From positions 7,874,001-7,938,000 of the forward strand of contig OZ176052.1 of NCBI GenBank assembly GCA_964247055.1: 64,000 bases of DNA. The letters run 5' to 3'. The stretch's first letter is position 1. Each line of letters opens with the position of its first letter. Shown here one piece after another: positions 10,032 to 21,910 of the stretch. The position numbers were made by a program, and so were the translations under genes. Origin of the DNA: Paragordius varius (Eukaryota; Animalia; Nematomorpha). The notes under the pieces were generated by a model that was not told the origin of the DNA, ran no database searches, and was given only the letters and a program-made list of their open reading frames with translations.

Positions 10032-13000
10032 TCATTGCATTTTCAAGATTTCCACCTCATTTTCGATATTCCCTTCACTTTGATGTTGGCTGTTTAAATC
10101 ATCCCAAAGGCTCAGCGAAAATAAATCTATATCGTTTGATGATATTTTTGCTCGGAGAAGACGATAGAACTTGCATGTTGCAATGCATATTCCCACGGCC
10201 CCGTATATACTTATTAGCATGAGTGGTAAAAATTCATATTTAACAGCTAGCGTTTGGTAGTATTGATAATGTGTTTCGTTTTTAAAAATGAAAAGTGTAG
10301 TTAACAATGGATACACGATAGTAGTCATTAGGTAAAGAATAAAACCATAGATACTAAACATCTTAGAGAAGGTGCAGTGTTTGAGCGCATGGAATCGACT
10401 CTTCTGTTCAGGTGTATTGGTTTCAGCATGAAAGATTAAGCTGTATGCCATACAGTGATAAAGTAAAAACAGTAATGTTTTAGTCGGCCACTCTGGCCAT
10501 GTAAAAAGGAGCGGGAATATACTGTAGTGACTAGAAAACATAAGTAACCATAAGCAATTTAAATAATCCTTTCTCCATGCATCGGAAATTGTTTTACCGT
10601 GAGTTACAGCGCTGGCACTTATTCTCTTGCCTGAGTATGCGGAATTGGCATTGGTATTGGCATGTATTGTAAGATTTTTATTATAATTGGTACAAGGCAA
10701 TATTAATCCTAATAAAGGCGTAGCATAAATAAGGGCAGGAAGTAAGTACATTAAACAAGCCTTCTCGTGTACATGCCACCCAAACAAAAATGAGGTTAAA
10801 CATGCCCATGTAATAAATAAAAGGATATCTTCACGTTTTATCCAAATTTTTTGAGATTTCCGCACGTTTTGTAAGAGCGTCATGATGAAAGGGAGAAAGA
10901 AAACAAACATTGTTAACAAAAAACTGGTTTTGGGAGTTATTTCAGGCAAATGAGTGTTAATTTTATGACTTTTCAAAGTTTGATCGGCAGTTGGGTTTGA
11001 AGAAAAAGTAACATTCGCATTCTCAAATGTGACATTCATTAAATTATCGGATGATACATTTTGAATAATGTTTGTTATGGAAGTATTTGTTGTAGAAAAG
11101 ATGGTATATGGCAACAACGATAAAGTATCCCACTCAATAGGTTTACCTAGATAGGGTGAAAAACAATGTAACAAATAATTACTTCCGCATAAAAAATATC
11201 CATCGCAATAATTGATACAAAATAATACTTTTAACAAGGGAAAAAGTTTTGTCTGCAAAACCATAGATTGCCCAAACATTAGGTGCCCAGTAATGATGTC
11301 GTAATCCACGTCCAAATGGAAACAAGCGGTTTAAAACGGCTTTAATTTGGCCCTAAAAGGATGATAAATGAATTATTTTTAAAACACAATAATATGGAAA
11401 GGTTCAAAAATGTTTAATAAATCCAATATTATTTTTAGTTTTTTGGTTTAAATTTGCAAGAAGTTACAGCATAGCCGGATTTTCGATACAAGCATAGTGT
11501 AACATCATTCTTGAATGTTTAAAAAAGTTTAATGGAAAATTGTGATTTCTAAAAATACTATATTAAGCATTATTTGGTACAGTTGTTACCATTAAATTGG
11601 TAAAAATACTTTTAATAATACTTTTAACAGTCAACAATTGATGCTTATGATAACAATATATTATAAATCAAAATAATTAACTGGAAAAATTAATTAATAA
11701 AAATAAACATATATTTATCAAATAAATTACCAAATAAATAAATGGGCCAAAAGAAACGGCAAACACTGATACAATTATCAAGGCTAGAGAAATGCATCTC
11801 CAAACAATGTAGTTATACGATGCTTTAAGTGGTTTATTGTTGGTTTGGAATATAAAATTAGGACTTCCGCCATTTAATACAGATGGGGAAGGATTTTGTG
11901 TTAGAATTTCATCTATTTTATAATATTACAAGCTTTAACTACTTACAAATAAAAAAGTTTAACCAAATTGGATAAATTATAAATCTTCACTATTATATTC
12001 GTAAAAAAACTAAAAGGGGTTAACATATATGGAATAGCTGATTTTAACAAAAGATTATTATAATTTAAAATATTGCCACAAATAAATCCAATTATATGTC
12101 ATTTTTATATTACCATTTTTGTTTTGTGAAGGCAGATTGGTCCGATGAATGAGGTAAGGATTTGATTCTTTCCACATTTCATTTTGAGGGTATGTTACTC
12201 CATTAGCAATTCCCAAATTAGTTTGTCCCCCAATTTCAGCATTATCATTATGACCACACCTATTATTGCTAGTAGACTTATTAAACCGACTATCTTCATG
12301 AATATTAACACCAGTATGTGTAGGAATTAAATTTGAGAACCGTTTTTTAGAATATAAATCCTCAAGACCTCCATATCGTAACGCTATTTTTGGCCAATCG
12401 CTAAATATTTCAGTGGTATTTTTACCATTCTTTTCTATTTTGGTGATACCGTTTCGGCAGTTATTAATATTATTATGAGGGGGCGTTTGAAATAACCAAT
12501 AAAGGTAAAATATGGCATAAGCTGGCGCGGCATACAAATATATATGTTTGAAATTGACAAGAACAGTAAACCATAGAGCTCCCCGATAGAAATTCCCCTT
12601 GACAATAAAAAAACAATGTTGTAAAACTTTTGATAAAAAAAGATATATGAAAATATAGTTTGCGAAGAAGAAATGCTAAATATGTTTTGAAAAGAATAGG
12701 GGATAATAAATAATGACAAAAATAGTAAAATCTAAATAACAACAACATTATCGATTCCCTTTAACTTTGTGTAAATAAATTTAGGTACACAAGTTAACAA
12801 TAGTTGTGTTAAAATTATTTGATTTATTTTTTGAAATGGTTTTTTTAAGTTGTGCCGATTATTAAAAAATATAAAATGACCCATTATTTTTTAAAAATAT
12901 ATTCTTGAATTCCATATATTTTTTAACTTAGAGTCATAGCTTTCGTAGTAATTTAAAAAAATTAACCACGATTATTTTTAAACCTGAAAAAAAATTATAA

Positions 13001-13744
13001 AATTTTATAACTCACACTATATTTTTATAAAAAAATTTAAAGTTAAACATTTTTAGAAAGGTTACAAAAGAATACCAATGATGATACATCAAACCTAAAA
13101 ATTATAGTTTATTAAAATTATCAAAATTTTTTTTGGAAATACCTCCAATATATTTGAAATCGACAGGAATAAAAACCCAAACAAAAATCCATTGTATTGA
13201 AAATGAACGTGGTCAATAATTAATAGGCCGAAATTGCATAACACGAGAAATGGCAATGATACATCGCACGGTACACACATTACATTTTTTGGTTTGTAAA
13301 TGGTTAAACATTTAACAAGTCTAAATAAATTAGTTTAAGAAAAACTTTTTCAAAGTATAAGCCATAAAAATGTCACTAACGATAACAGTTACTCGCATAA
13401 ATATTAAAACGGTAGGAGTAAAATAATTTAAATTATTGATTCCAAGCATATTCTCATCCCACACCTTTGCAAAAAAGGCCAAAATATATTCAAACCATGC
13501 AAAAAACGGTGGATAATCCAAAGTCCATTCAGACACATTCTAAATATATATATATAAAGCTTACACTCTGATACCAGTCTTTTACAGATAAGCTGCTAAC
13601 AATCGCCATCCAGTTACGGTGAACTTCGAAATCGGTGGAAAAACTAAAATTTAAACAGATATTTTACTAAGAAGACACAAGTAGAAATTTAATACATGAT
13701 GCAAAGGCAAAAATTTTCCAATACATATTTTCCAATTTTAGCAT
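10032..13744 (-). CDS. ALG8: Dolichyl-PP-Glc1Man9GlcNAc2 alpha-1,3-glucosyltransferase ALG8, 8 exons, ~810 aa in the longest model
   Basis: complement(join(13668-13744, 13565-13643, 13346-13539, 13143-13320, 12114-12597, 11731-11912, 11229-11352, 10032-11146)) is 2433 nt, in frame, all GT-AG. Motifs: [65 protein letters not shown]. The exon 5 donor is ambiguous (12449, 12425 or 12113, all phase 1). Confidence 0.93.
13321..13345 (-). other. 25-nt spliceosomal micro-intron (ALG8 intron 3)
   Basis: GTTTTTCTTAAACTAATTTATTTAG. Follows a 194-nt exon; removal restores the frame into ..[10 protein letters not shown]. Confidence 0.85.
13540..13564 (-). other. 25-nt spliceosomal micro-intron (ALG8 intron 2)
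   Basis: GTAAGCTTTATATATATATATTTAG. Joins KDWYQS to [11 protein letters not shown]. Confidence 0.9.
13644..13667 (-). other. 24-nt spliceosomal micro-intron (ALG8 intron 1)
   Basis: GTAAAATATCTGTTTAAATTTTAG. Phase 2; joins [14 protein letters not shown]. Retention gives an immediate TAG. Confidence 0.88.
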
Positions 13745-13840
13745 TTTGAAATTGTGGTTGACACGGGATTATTTACTTTACTCACATGTTTTTATAAAGT
13801 ACCGTTTGCAACATATGCAACATAAATAAATGTTTCGTTT

Positions 13841-14361
13841 TTGACACTTGGATACAAGGCATCCTTTTCAGTCGATTCGAATTGGGGTAGTTGGATACCC
13901 AGACTTGTTTAAAATTAAATAGTTTAAAAAACATGGAAACCGAAGCCATGGCAAAATTTTGCACTTATATAACGTTAAACGGAAAAATATAGTTGATATA
14001 ACTTATATTAATGTGAAACCGAAAGGTAAAAATTTAGCCAACATAATTTCTGTGCATGAGCTAAATGAAATAGAAAACCAACCACTTTTTATTACTATCA
14101 TGTTAGATGTAATTTAAATAAAAAGGTAGCTTTTATTTTACTTTTAAAATTAAAAGAACACGGTTTTGCAAAAATTTTGTATAAAATAAATGGAAGTAGT
14201 TGACATGGAACATTTTTTCAAAACAAAATTTTATTTAGATTATTTATATAATTTTTATTAGGATAGAAGCAGAAATTTAAATTGGGATCGTTTCCTTCAG
14301 TAGTTTTTTAAAATTAACTTAAATTGAATCTGGGGTATTTAGATAGCCCAATTTGAATCGA
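13841..14361 (-). mobile_element. Family A MITE copy 3, more diverged
   Basis: TTGA-CACTTGGATACAA start and GCCATGGCAAAATTTTGCACTTATAT core match the other copies. Confidence 0.75.
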
Positions 14362-14719
14362 TTACACTTCATATCTATTCGCTTTTTACCTAGTTTACCT
14401 TTTGAGGTTGTTTTATATCCAAGAGCGTAATTTTATAAATAACCTACAGCTTTAAAAGTTATTATATTTAAAATTTATTTATCACATTGTTCTCATGTAT
14501 TAGTATAAAAGCTTATTTTTTTTGTGAATACTAGAGTCTTAAATTATGCTCTAAAATTCAATGGAAACAAATAGCTTATTTTAATAAAAAACATATCAAG
14601 TTTTTGATAGTAAAATGTAGCCTGAAAGTTTTATAAAATTAATTATTTACATTTTCCAACCATAATATACATTTATATGCCTATTGCATTGGTTGGCTAT
14701 TCATACGTGAGCGGCTTTT

Positions 14720-15400
14720 TGGATATAGTTTTCACTATTTATTTCCACTTCTTTTAACTACCGCTACATTCGAATTGTTCAATGTCATCTTCTCATATTG
14801 TATCATGTCGAACCACCTCATCGGTGGTCGGTCTCGTTTCCTTTGTCATTCTTCCTTCTCATTTTCTCTAGTTAACGTTCTTTTTACAATTAATCTTTAA
14901 GTTCATTTTTAATTTTATCTCCAGGTGTATCCTAGCATTCTACGCCAGCAGCACCTTTTAAAAGTCATTAAACTTCTCTCTTTTCTAGGGAGTCCTGCTC
15001 TCACAACCATACGTGGTGACAGAAAGAACAAAACAGAATAATCTTTTTTTGGTTTAAACCCCTACGCTTTTGTTTTTTTGAATCTTTATTGATATGGTCA
15101 TCACTTCCCAACCCACTCTAATTTCTTTATGATGTCATTAAGAGCTATCCTCGAAAATTATAGCATCCATAAACGTTAATTGATTAACTACTTTTGTTTT
15201 AACCTCATCTATAATTGTAGGTTTTTCCCAAGTAGATAATCTTATGGTTTTAGTAGGATTAAGCATAAGACCATAACTCAAAATTTCCTTCCAAATATAA
15301 ATTCCATTAATTTGTTTAAACTTTCAGCGATAAGGATGGTATCGCCTGCAAAATGATTGTTCTCCCTCCTATTCTTACTCCAAAATTCTTATCACCTTGT
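14720..15400 (-). mobile_element. RTE-like LINE 3' fragment, decayed
   Basis: Reverse complement of the family at 57720-58230. Broken frames resemble TTYGCES.../RCCWRRMLGYTW and GRP..RWF (RT C-terminus). Confidence 0.65.
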
Positions 15401-15424
15401 GCACAATGTTATATAAATGCTAAC

Positions 15425-15543
15425 TTTTGCCATGGCTTCAATTTATTACTATTTTATGAATTATTTAATGTTAAACAGGCCTGGGGTATCCAACTACCCC
15501 AATTTGAATCGAAGGACTGAAAATGTGTTGTATCCAAGTTTTA
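15425..15543 (+). mobile_element. Family A MITE right-end fragment
   Basis: CAGGCCTGGGGTATCCAACTACCCCAATTTGAATCGAAGGACTGAAAATGTGTTGTATCCAAG matches the right end of copies 2 and 5. Confidence 0.75.
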
Positions 15544-16017
15544 ATATATTTATTATAACCAAAATAAATATTTAACTAAATACATGTTTTTAAGGCGATA
15601 TTTATTAAATATAAATGATAAAAATATAATGAAGCTTTCTAAAATCGGATTATTAGTGTAAATTATTTAAAAATAGATTGAGTTACAGTTTAATTAGTAT
15701 ATATTTTTTATGTATTTTGTAAACAAGTAAAGGGCGTAGCTCCGGAAGATCGTTGGCCACCTACTCTCAAGGCACTCCCTACCCACCCTAACGCATTGAG
15801 CTTCAGAGCGGGGACATGCATTTTGTGATGAAATATTTTAAAATTATATTGAATGGTGACAAAGGAAATCGTTCAGACTGATCAAAAAAATTTAATAAAT
15901 CTATTGTGTAGTATGAGTTTAGTAAGCTTGCCGTTTATTGATTACGCCTCACAATTGTCTGCAAAATAACATGCACATTGTTGATTTGAAAAACTTTGAT
16001 AACTAATGTTTATATGA

Positions 16018-16679
16018 ATGAGCCAAAATGTCGTGGTTACAGGTAACTCTTGTAAAAAATAATTTTATGAGGCTTTGGACCTTTTAGAAATTATTCTATT
16101 AATCCAAGTTCAGCCTGTCTTAATATATTAAAAGATGTTTGGAAAAGCGTTGATTATTAACTTATTACTATGGAACTTGAAGTATCGTATGAATGCGTCG
16201 ATAGGGCTCTCGAAGATCTTTGGAAAATATATAATCCTTGTGTAATTTTAAATATTTTATTTTAGTTGATGGTTCATATTGGGGTTTCTGGAATAGCCAA
16301 AACAATAACATTAGAAAAATGTGCATATAATTCTCTCTATTTAAATGAGGATATTTATAAAAATATACCCAGCAATTTTTGTTGCGATAGTCATGATTGC
16401 TCACCTTATATTAGAGTCACGAGTCTTAATCTTGACAATATAAAATTGCAGTTTTTGCAATCCAACAATAAAGTATTCACAGATATTCATGTATCGCATG
16501 ATCCCGGTAATTACCTTTGTGGCTATTGTTACTATAAATCATTAAAGTATAGTTGTGATAAATCCATTTTCGTTCATATTCCGCCAATTAGTGACAAATT
16601 ATCGTTGGAAGAAATCGCAAATGCTGTAAATAAAATTATTCTAATCATTCTTGACGAAATAAATACCAAAAATAAATAA
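16018..16679 (+). CDS. PGPEP1: Pyroglutamyl-peptidase I (C15 family), 3 exons, ~202 aa, with one in-frame TAA at 16158-16160 (disrupted allele, error or pseudogene)
   Basis: join(16018-16042, 16072-16241, 16266-16679) reads MSQNVVVTG|FGPF..NPS..(TAA)LITMELEVSY..YNPC|LMVHIGVSG..ITLEKCA..SHDPGNYLCGYCYYKSL..FVHIP. The Glu/Cys/His triad is intact. Confidence 0.85.
16043..16071 (+). other. 29-nt micro-intron with GAG acceptor (PGPEP1 intron 1)
   Basis: GTAACTCTTGTAAAAAATAATTTTATGAG. Splits the Gly of VVTG/FGPF; this is the only AG available. Confidence 0.8.
16242..16265 (+). other. 24-nt micro-intron (PGPEP1 intron 2)
   Basis: GTAATTTTAAATATTTTATTTTAG. Phase 0; retention reads VILNILF-TAG. Confidence 0.88.
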
Positions 16680-19489
16680 TAAATCGTCTAAATATGTCTT
16701 TTATTTACTTTTGTCTCAAACCTTAATTATTCAAATTAATTTTTATTTTTATTATATTCGGTAGATAAAGTTTTTCTAAAGCGTAAAAGGAGAGTATAAA
16801 TAATAATACAATATCTTCAACTCTTACTATTCGCCTTTTTCTTGTGGAAAACTGATAACATATTTAAAACCTTTTTTAAATAAATTTATTTGTTAGCTAA
16901 AATTATATTAATTATATTACAAGTATGACATTCAACAAATGATTTAAATATACAGTGGTGATGGTGGCAATACCTATATTAAAATAAAGTTTTACTAGTA
17001 AGTTAAGATGTGGTTACTTTTTAATTTGCCCCTCTGTGAAAAAACTCCATGTGAAGTAGCGATGTTTTTATACAACATCCAAAACTGCCTCTGCTGTTAG
17101 TTTACCAAAGATGATCCAACCAAGACCACCTGAAGGTAGCAAAACGACTTTATTGGTTAGTTTAAAATAACGTGTTACAAAAACTAAATTATAAAAAATA
17201 TTACATACTTCAATATAAATTAGCAATTCTAGGGCATTTGGTAATTTCAAATATTGTATTTGATGTCCAAAAACACAGAATATTTATGCAATTAATATGT
17301 GTCAAAATTATATAATGTGGAATATTACTTTATCTTTATAATTTTACATGATACCAAATATCTTTAAATCATTTTTATAATTTCTCTGATAGCGATAAAG
17401 ATCTTTATCCAATAATTCATCATTTGGACAATAATTAGATCACATTTTTTTATAATTTCAACTGTTAATAATTTAATTATAAAATGGAATGTCATAGTTT
17501 TTAGTTTTGTAACCGTCCAAAAACATATAACTCGATTCCCTAAATGCAGTTATCCAATGTTAGTTAATTAACCTTAATGTTTGTAATTAACTAAAATATT
17601 ATTAATTAAAATATTTTAAAACAAATCCATTTAAAAAAATGTAAATTAAATTAGGGTTGGGCTCATCGGTTAAAATTATTATCGATTTGATCGCTTAATG
17701 CAGGCATTCCTGGTCAAACAAGTCATTTCTATTTGGAAGATTATCAAAAATAATAAAACTAACATGTTTAAACTCCTTTAATGGAAATAATGTAAATTAA
17801 ATCTAATTAAATTCTAAAATCTACCATTTTTTATTACCTTTTTGGCATGCTTATGTAAAATTTTGTATACGGTCATAACATATTGTCATAATCGGTTATA
17901 TACAAATAAACATTGACACAATAACTATTTTAAGTGAAGCATGGTTTAATGTAACTTGCTTAATTAAAAACTGAGTAAATACTTATTTCATTTTCATTCC
18001 CATCATGCTGTACCCTTGTTGACTTTTTATATAAAATAAAGCGTTTTCGCATGTTTTTGGAAATTCGGTCAAGGTTATTCATAAAAGTTTTCAAAGATTG
18101 GATTAAACGAATTAGAAATGTAATAATATGTCTTTTTTGTGCTCACAATGTGTGTTAAATTGATATTTTTGAACAGAAATAAAATTATTATTAAAAAAGA
18201 TTTTCATCCACCAATTTAGAAGTTTTTAGCATAAAACATATGCAGCAAATGCTTCTTGTATTTACAAAATAAATTTTATATACAGTTGTCTTGGTTTTTT
18301 AGCTTTAAACCTTCTTTTTTTATATACTTCAATGCAATAATGTATACAAGAATTCATTTCTGCCGAATAGTGATAAAAAGTAAAATTATACCAGCCGACA
18401 ATCTAAATTTATACAGTCAAAACAATTTAAATGAATGTTTTTATTCAAATATTATATTTCAATTTCTTATTCAAATATTATATTTAAATTTTTTATTTAA
18501 ATAATATATTTCAATTTTGATGAATCATTTTACAAATTAAAAAATATTTTGCTGCAAATAAAAGAATTTCCAATTTTAAAAATTTTACCTATGGTTAGAA
18601 ACCATTAAAAATCTCTTTAACCAATATAATCACCCTTTAAATTTCAATATACCCCAATGTGCATCTAGTAAGAAACCGTAAACACTTAATAAAATTATAA
18701 TTGGGGTCATAGTTTGTTACAATCAGTTTAAATAATATGAGTATTTTTGATTGTTTTTAAAAGTAAAAGATTTCAATAATTTACTGTCCCTATCGTTTGA
18801 CAAATAAAGCTTCGCGACGCCTTTTTGTTTAAAGGGGTGTTAGTTTTCTAAGTTCACCAGATTTGTCCCTAAAATCGTGCCGTTAACAACATTATATTTG
18901 TTTGACCAAAAAATTTAATAAGTCATTCGTTTTCTACAATTTTGTGTCAATTTTTCATTTCATTGAATTACAGTGGATGATTAAATAGGACCACCTTATA
19001 TGGAATAATGGGGTGTTAATTTGGTTAAAAAAACCGTAAACCAGATTTAAAAGACACTATGACTAATCCAATTTTTTAACCTTCTGTCGAATTCGTTTTG
19101 GCTCCCAGTCATAATATCTTCCTTTTAGATTTTAACATAATTGATAGATTATGATTTATTTTTTTGAAAGAAATAATATCATTTTGGAAAATTTATATAA
19201 ATACTAGATAATTGAGTATTCGAGGGGGCAGTAATATGGAAAAATAAATATCTATTCTAACTCTTTAGTGTGAGAATATATATAAATTAGGCTATAAAAA
19301 GTATAAAAATATTTGGTTTGAATATTTGCATCCGGTTTGAGGTAGGAAGAAAGGAGCCAAAGCATCATTAATCTTCAAATTTTGGTTGTTAACAATTAAG
19401 TATAAAAAAGTAGATATGAATTAGTTCATTTTTATTTTGTCACAATAACTATAGGTTTAAAAACTCCGACTTACATTTCAAAAGCGCAT

Positions 19490-21910
19490 TCATGTTTTAT
19501 GTCGTTTCATGTGGAGAGAAAGATGGTCACTCCGAGCAAATGTTTTATCACACACACGACATTTAAACGGTCTATCACCGGTATGCTTTCTATAATGTCG
19601 GGTCAACTCATCGGAACGAGCGAATCGCCATTCGCAATCAGCCCAAGCGCACTTAAACGGTTTTTCGCCCGTGTGAAGTCTGGCATGGGCACGTAAATGC
19701 GTGACTTTGGTATAAGCCTTCTCACAACCCGGGTGAGAACATTTGAAATCTCCGAATCCATTGTTATTTCCATTGGTACTAGATATATGGTTCCATCCAT
19801 TTCCATTACTATGCGCCATTAAGGTATGATGTTTGTGATTGTTTATGGTATTATTGCTATTTTGAGACAATTGGTTATAACAAGTGTTTGTATTAGGGGC
19901 CGATGTTATTATGTTTAATGATTGTCCAGATATATACGCATGATTGGTATCGTTTGATAATAAAGCATTACTAGTGCTTATAAAGGTTGATGAGCCAGAA
20001 AAATTTGAGCAAAATGATAAATTATTTGTTTGTGAATCAAAATAATTTGGTTGGAATGTTTTATTGGGATGGGATAAATGTTCATTTAATTCATTAAAAC
20101 TATTTGTCACCGTGTGTTGCTCTCTACTAATATTTTCATGGAGTACCTGTGTGGTAAAATTATTTTTTGAAAATTGATTTACCCAATTTCCTTCGGTCAC
20201 ATTTTTAATTTTGGGGTTTGGGGTAGATGACATCTTGTGATTATATGGAAGCTGTTGGCTGTTTTTTAGTGTATATCGTTTTTTTCCAGGAGCACCTTTT
20301 ATGACAATAGAATTCTTTTTACGTTTTTCTAATTTTTTAGATTCGTAACCGCTTGTTGTTTGATTTGATATGTCCTTTGTTAGCCCATTACCACATTTCC
20401 CTCGTTTCATCAAACCATTAGGGGAAGAATTGCATTTTGAATTGTAGGTTGTGCTTGCATCTGCCATTATAGCCGATAATAGAATGGGTGCTTTGGTTTT
20501 GTTTATTTGAGGAGATTTACCAATCAATCGGTTTGGTTTCACAAGTCCGTGGGTTCCATTTTCTGGCTGTGGTCCAGATGCGTTCAAGTATATATGAAAA
20601 GTGTTGGTATTATTATTAGTAGTATTTAAATATTGTTGATGTTGCTGCCCTTTATTTTGTGACAATTCACGGAAGCGTTCAAACCTAGGTAAAACTGGAT
20701 CTTCCGTAGTTTTTAGTCTATAATTGACACTTTTGTCATCATTTAATAAAGTTGCTTTGCTACCACCACCGTTGTGAAATTTAAAATGTTGATCAAATTC
20801 AACACCGTTAGACCCATAAGATAACTGATTTAGCGTTAATTCAGTGATATCTTTATTGCTACTATCCGTGGGACACCTCTTCAATAATTCAAAATTAAAA
20901 GGATTATCGAATTCGGATATATACCTTTTATAATCATCATTATTTTGGGTTGAAGACACTTCTGACTTGTCAGATAAAAGATAATTAGCTGTCTGATCAA
21001 AAGTATTGGAGTCATCTTCAGATTTTACAATCAAATTATTGTCTAAGTCATAAAATCGGGGTACATTGGTTAATTCATTGGAATAAATAAGAGATTCATT
21101 TAACATTTTCTTTTCATAATTAGCGAACTGATCTGCCTCCAAGGATAAGGTAATCGGAAAAATTGTTGTATCTGAGAAAAAGGAGGATTCATAAGGTGAC
21201 AAAATTTTTGGATCATTTTTGGATGTGTAACCTTTGTTAAAACTATTGCCATCAATCCCAATTTCTCGACTAGTATTATTTTTTTGGGTATATAAATCGT
21301 TAAGTGTATGAGAATATATACCAGACTCTAAACTACTTTGATTAATATGATTGTTCATGTTAGTTAAGGTGACATCCTGAATATTGCAGTTATAACCGTT
21401 AGGTTTTGAAGTCAAAGTTGTAGCATTTACGTGTCCATTTACATAACTATTTAGGTTGTTGGAAAAAATAGTTTCATTCCGTATTTCATGGTCAAATACA
21501 GTTAGGCTAAGACCATTACAAATATCAGTTAACTCATTTTTTACATTAGTTTGAGGATGAGATTCATTTTTAGTGAAGGGATTACACACTTCCCCATTGT
21601 TATAGGAATGTTTAGTATGAGAAAATGGGTCACACAAACCATTATATTTGGAAACTCCATCAATTTTATGAGCCTGAGAATTATTCGGATTCCAGCGTTG
21701 GTCTTCTGGAGGGCCCATATAATTGTTGTTGTTAACATTACATTTATGAAAATTATTATTATCGTATTCATAACTGTTATATGATAAAGGAAGATCAGTT
21801 GATTCATGATAGAATGATGAGTTATTTAAATCTAGACATCCATTCCCATTCCTGTAAATGCTATACCCTATATTTTCCATATTGTTTACGTACGGAGGGA
21901 TAAAAAACAT
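19490..21910 (-). CDS. KLF: Kruppel-like factor: three C-terminal C2H2 fingers and a long Asn/Ser-rich N-terminus, 806 aa, no introns in the CDS
   Basis: ORF track. [54 protein letters not shown] and [21 protein letters not shown] form the KLF/Sp triple finger. No buttonhead box was noticed. Subfamily not assignable by eye. Confidence 0.93.
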   Translation of the reverse strand: MFFIPPYVNNMENIGYSIYRNGNGCLDLNNSSFYHESTDLPLSYNSYEYDNNNFHKCNVNNNNYMGPPEDQRWNPNNSQAHKIDGVSKYNGLCDPFSHTKHSYNNGEVCNPFTKNESHPQTNVKNELTDICNGLSLTVFDHEIRNETIFSNNLNSYVNGHVNATTLTSKPNGYNCNIQDVTLTNMNNHINQSSLESGIYSHTLNDLYTQKNNTSREIGIDGNSFNKGYTSKNDPKILSPYESSFFSDTTIFPITLSLEADQFANYEKKMLNESLIYSNELTNVPRFYDLDNNLIVKSEDDSNTFDQTANYLLSDKSEVSSTQNNDDYKRYISEFDNPFNFELLKRCPTDSSNKDITELTLNQLSYGSNGVEFDQHFKFHNGGGSKATLLNDDKSVNYRLKTTEDPVLPRFERFRELSQNKGQQHQQYLNTTNNNTNTFHIYLNASGPQPENGTHGLVKPNRLIGKSPQINKTKAPILLSAIMADASTTYNSKCNSSPNGLMKRGKCGNGLTKDISNQTTSGYESKKLEKRKKNSIVIKGAPGKKRYTLKNSQQLPYNHKMSSTPNPKIKNVTEGNWVNQFSKNNFTTQVLHENISREQHTVTNSFNELNEHLSHPNKTFQPNYFDSQTNNLSFCSNFSGSSTFISTSNALLSNDTNHAYISGQSLNIITSAPNTNTCYNQLSQNSNNTINNHKHHTLMAHSNGNGWNHISSTNGNNNGFGDFKCSHPGCEKAYTKVTHLRAHARLHTGEKPFKCAWADCEWRFARSDELTRHYRKHTGDRPFKCRVCDKTFARSDHLSLHMKRHKT

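Noticed and set aside
16158-16160. Genome-wide TAA reassignment (ciliate-like genetic code)
   Set aside because: RPS3A and the peptidase itself end at TAA in the expected positions, and no other in-frame TAA/TAG occurs in thousands of codons of conserved CDS.
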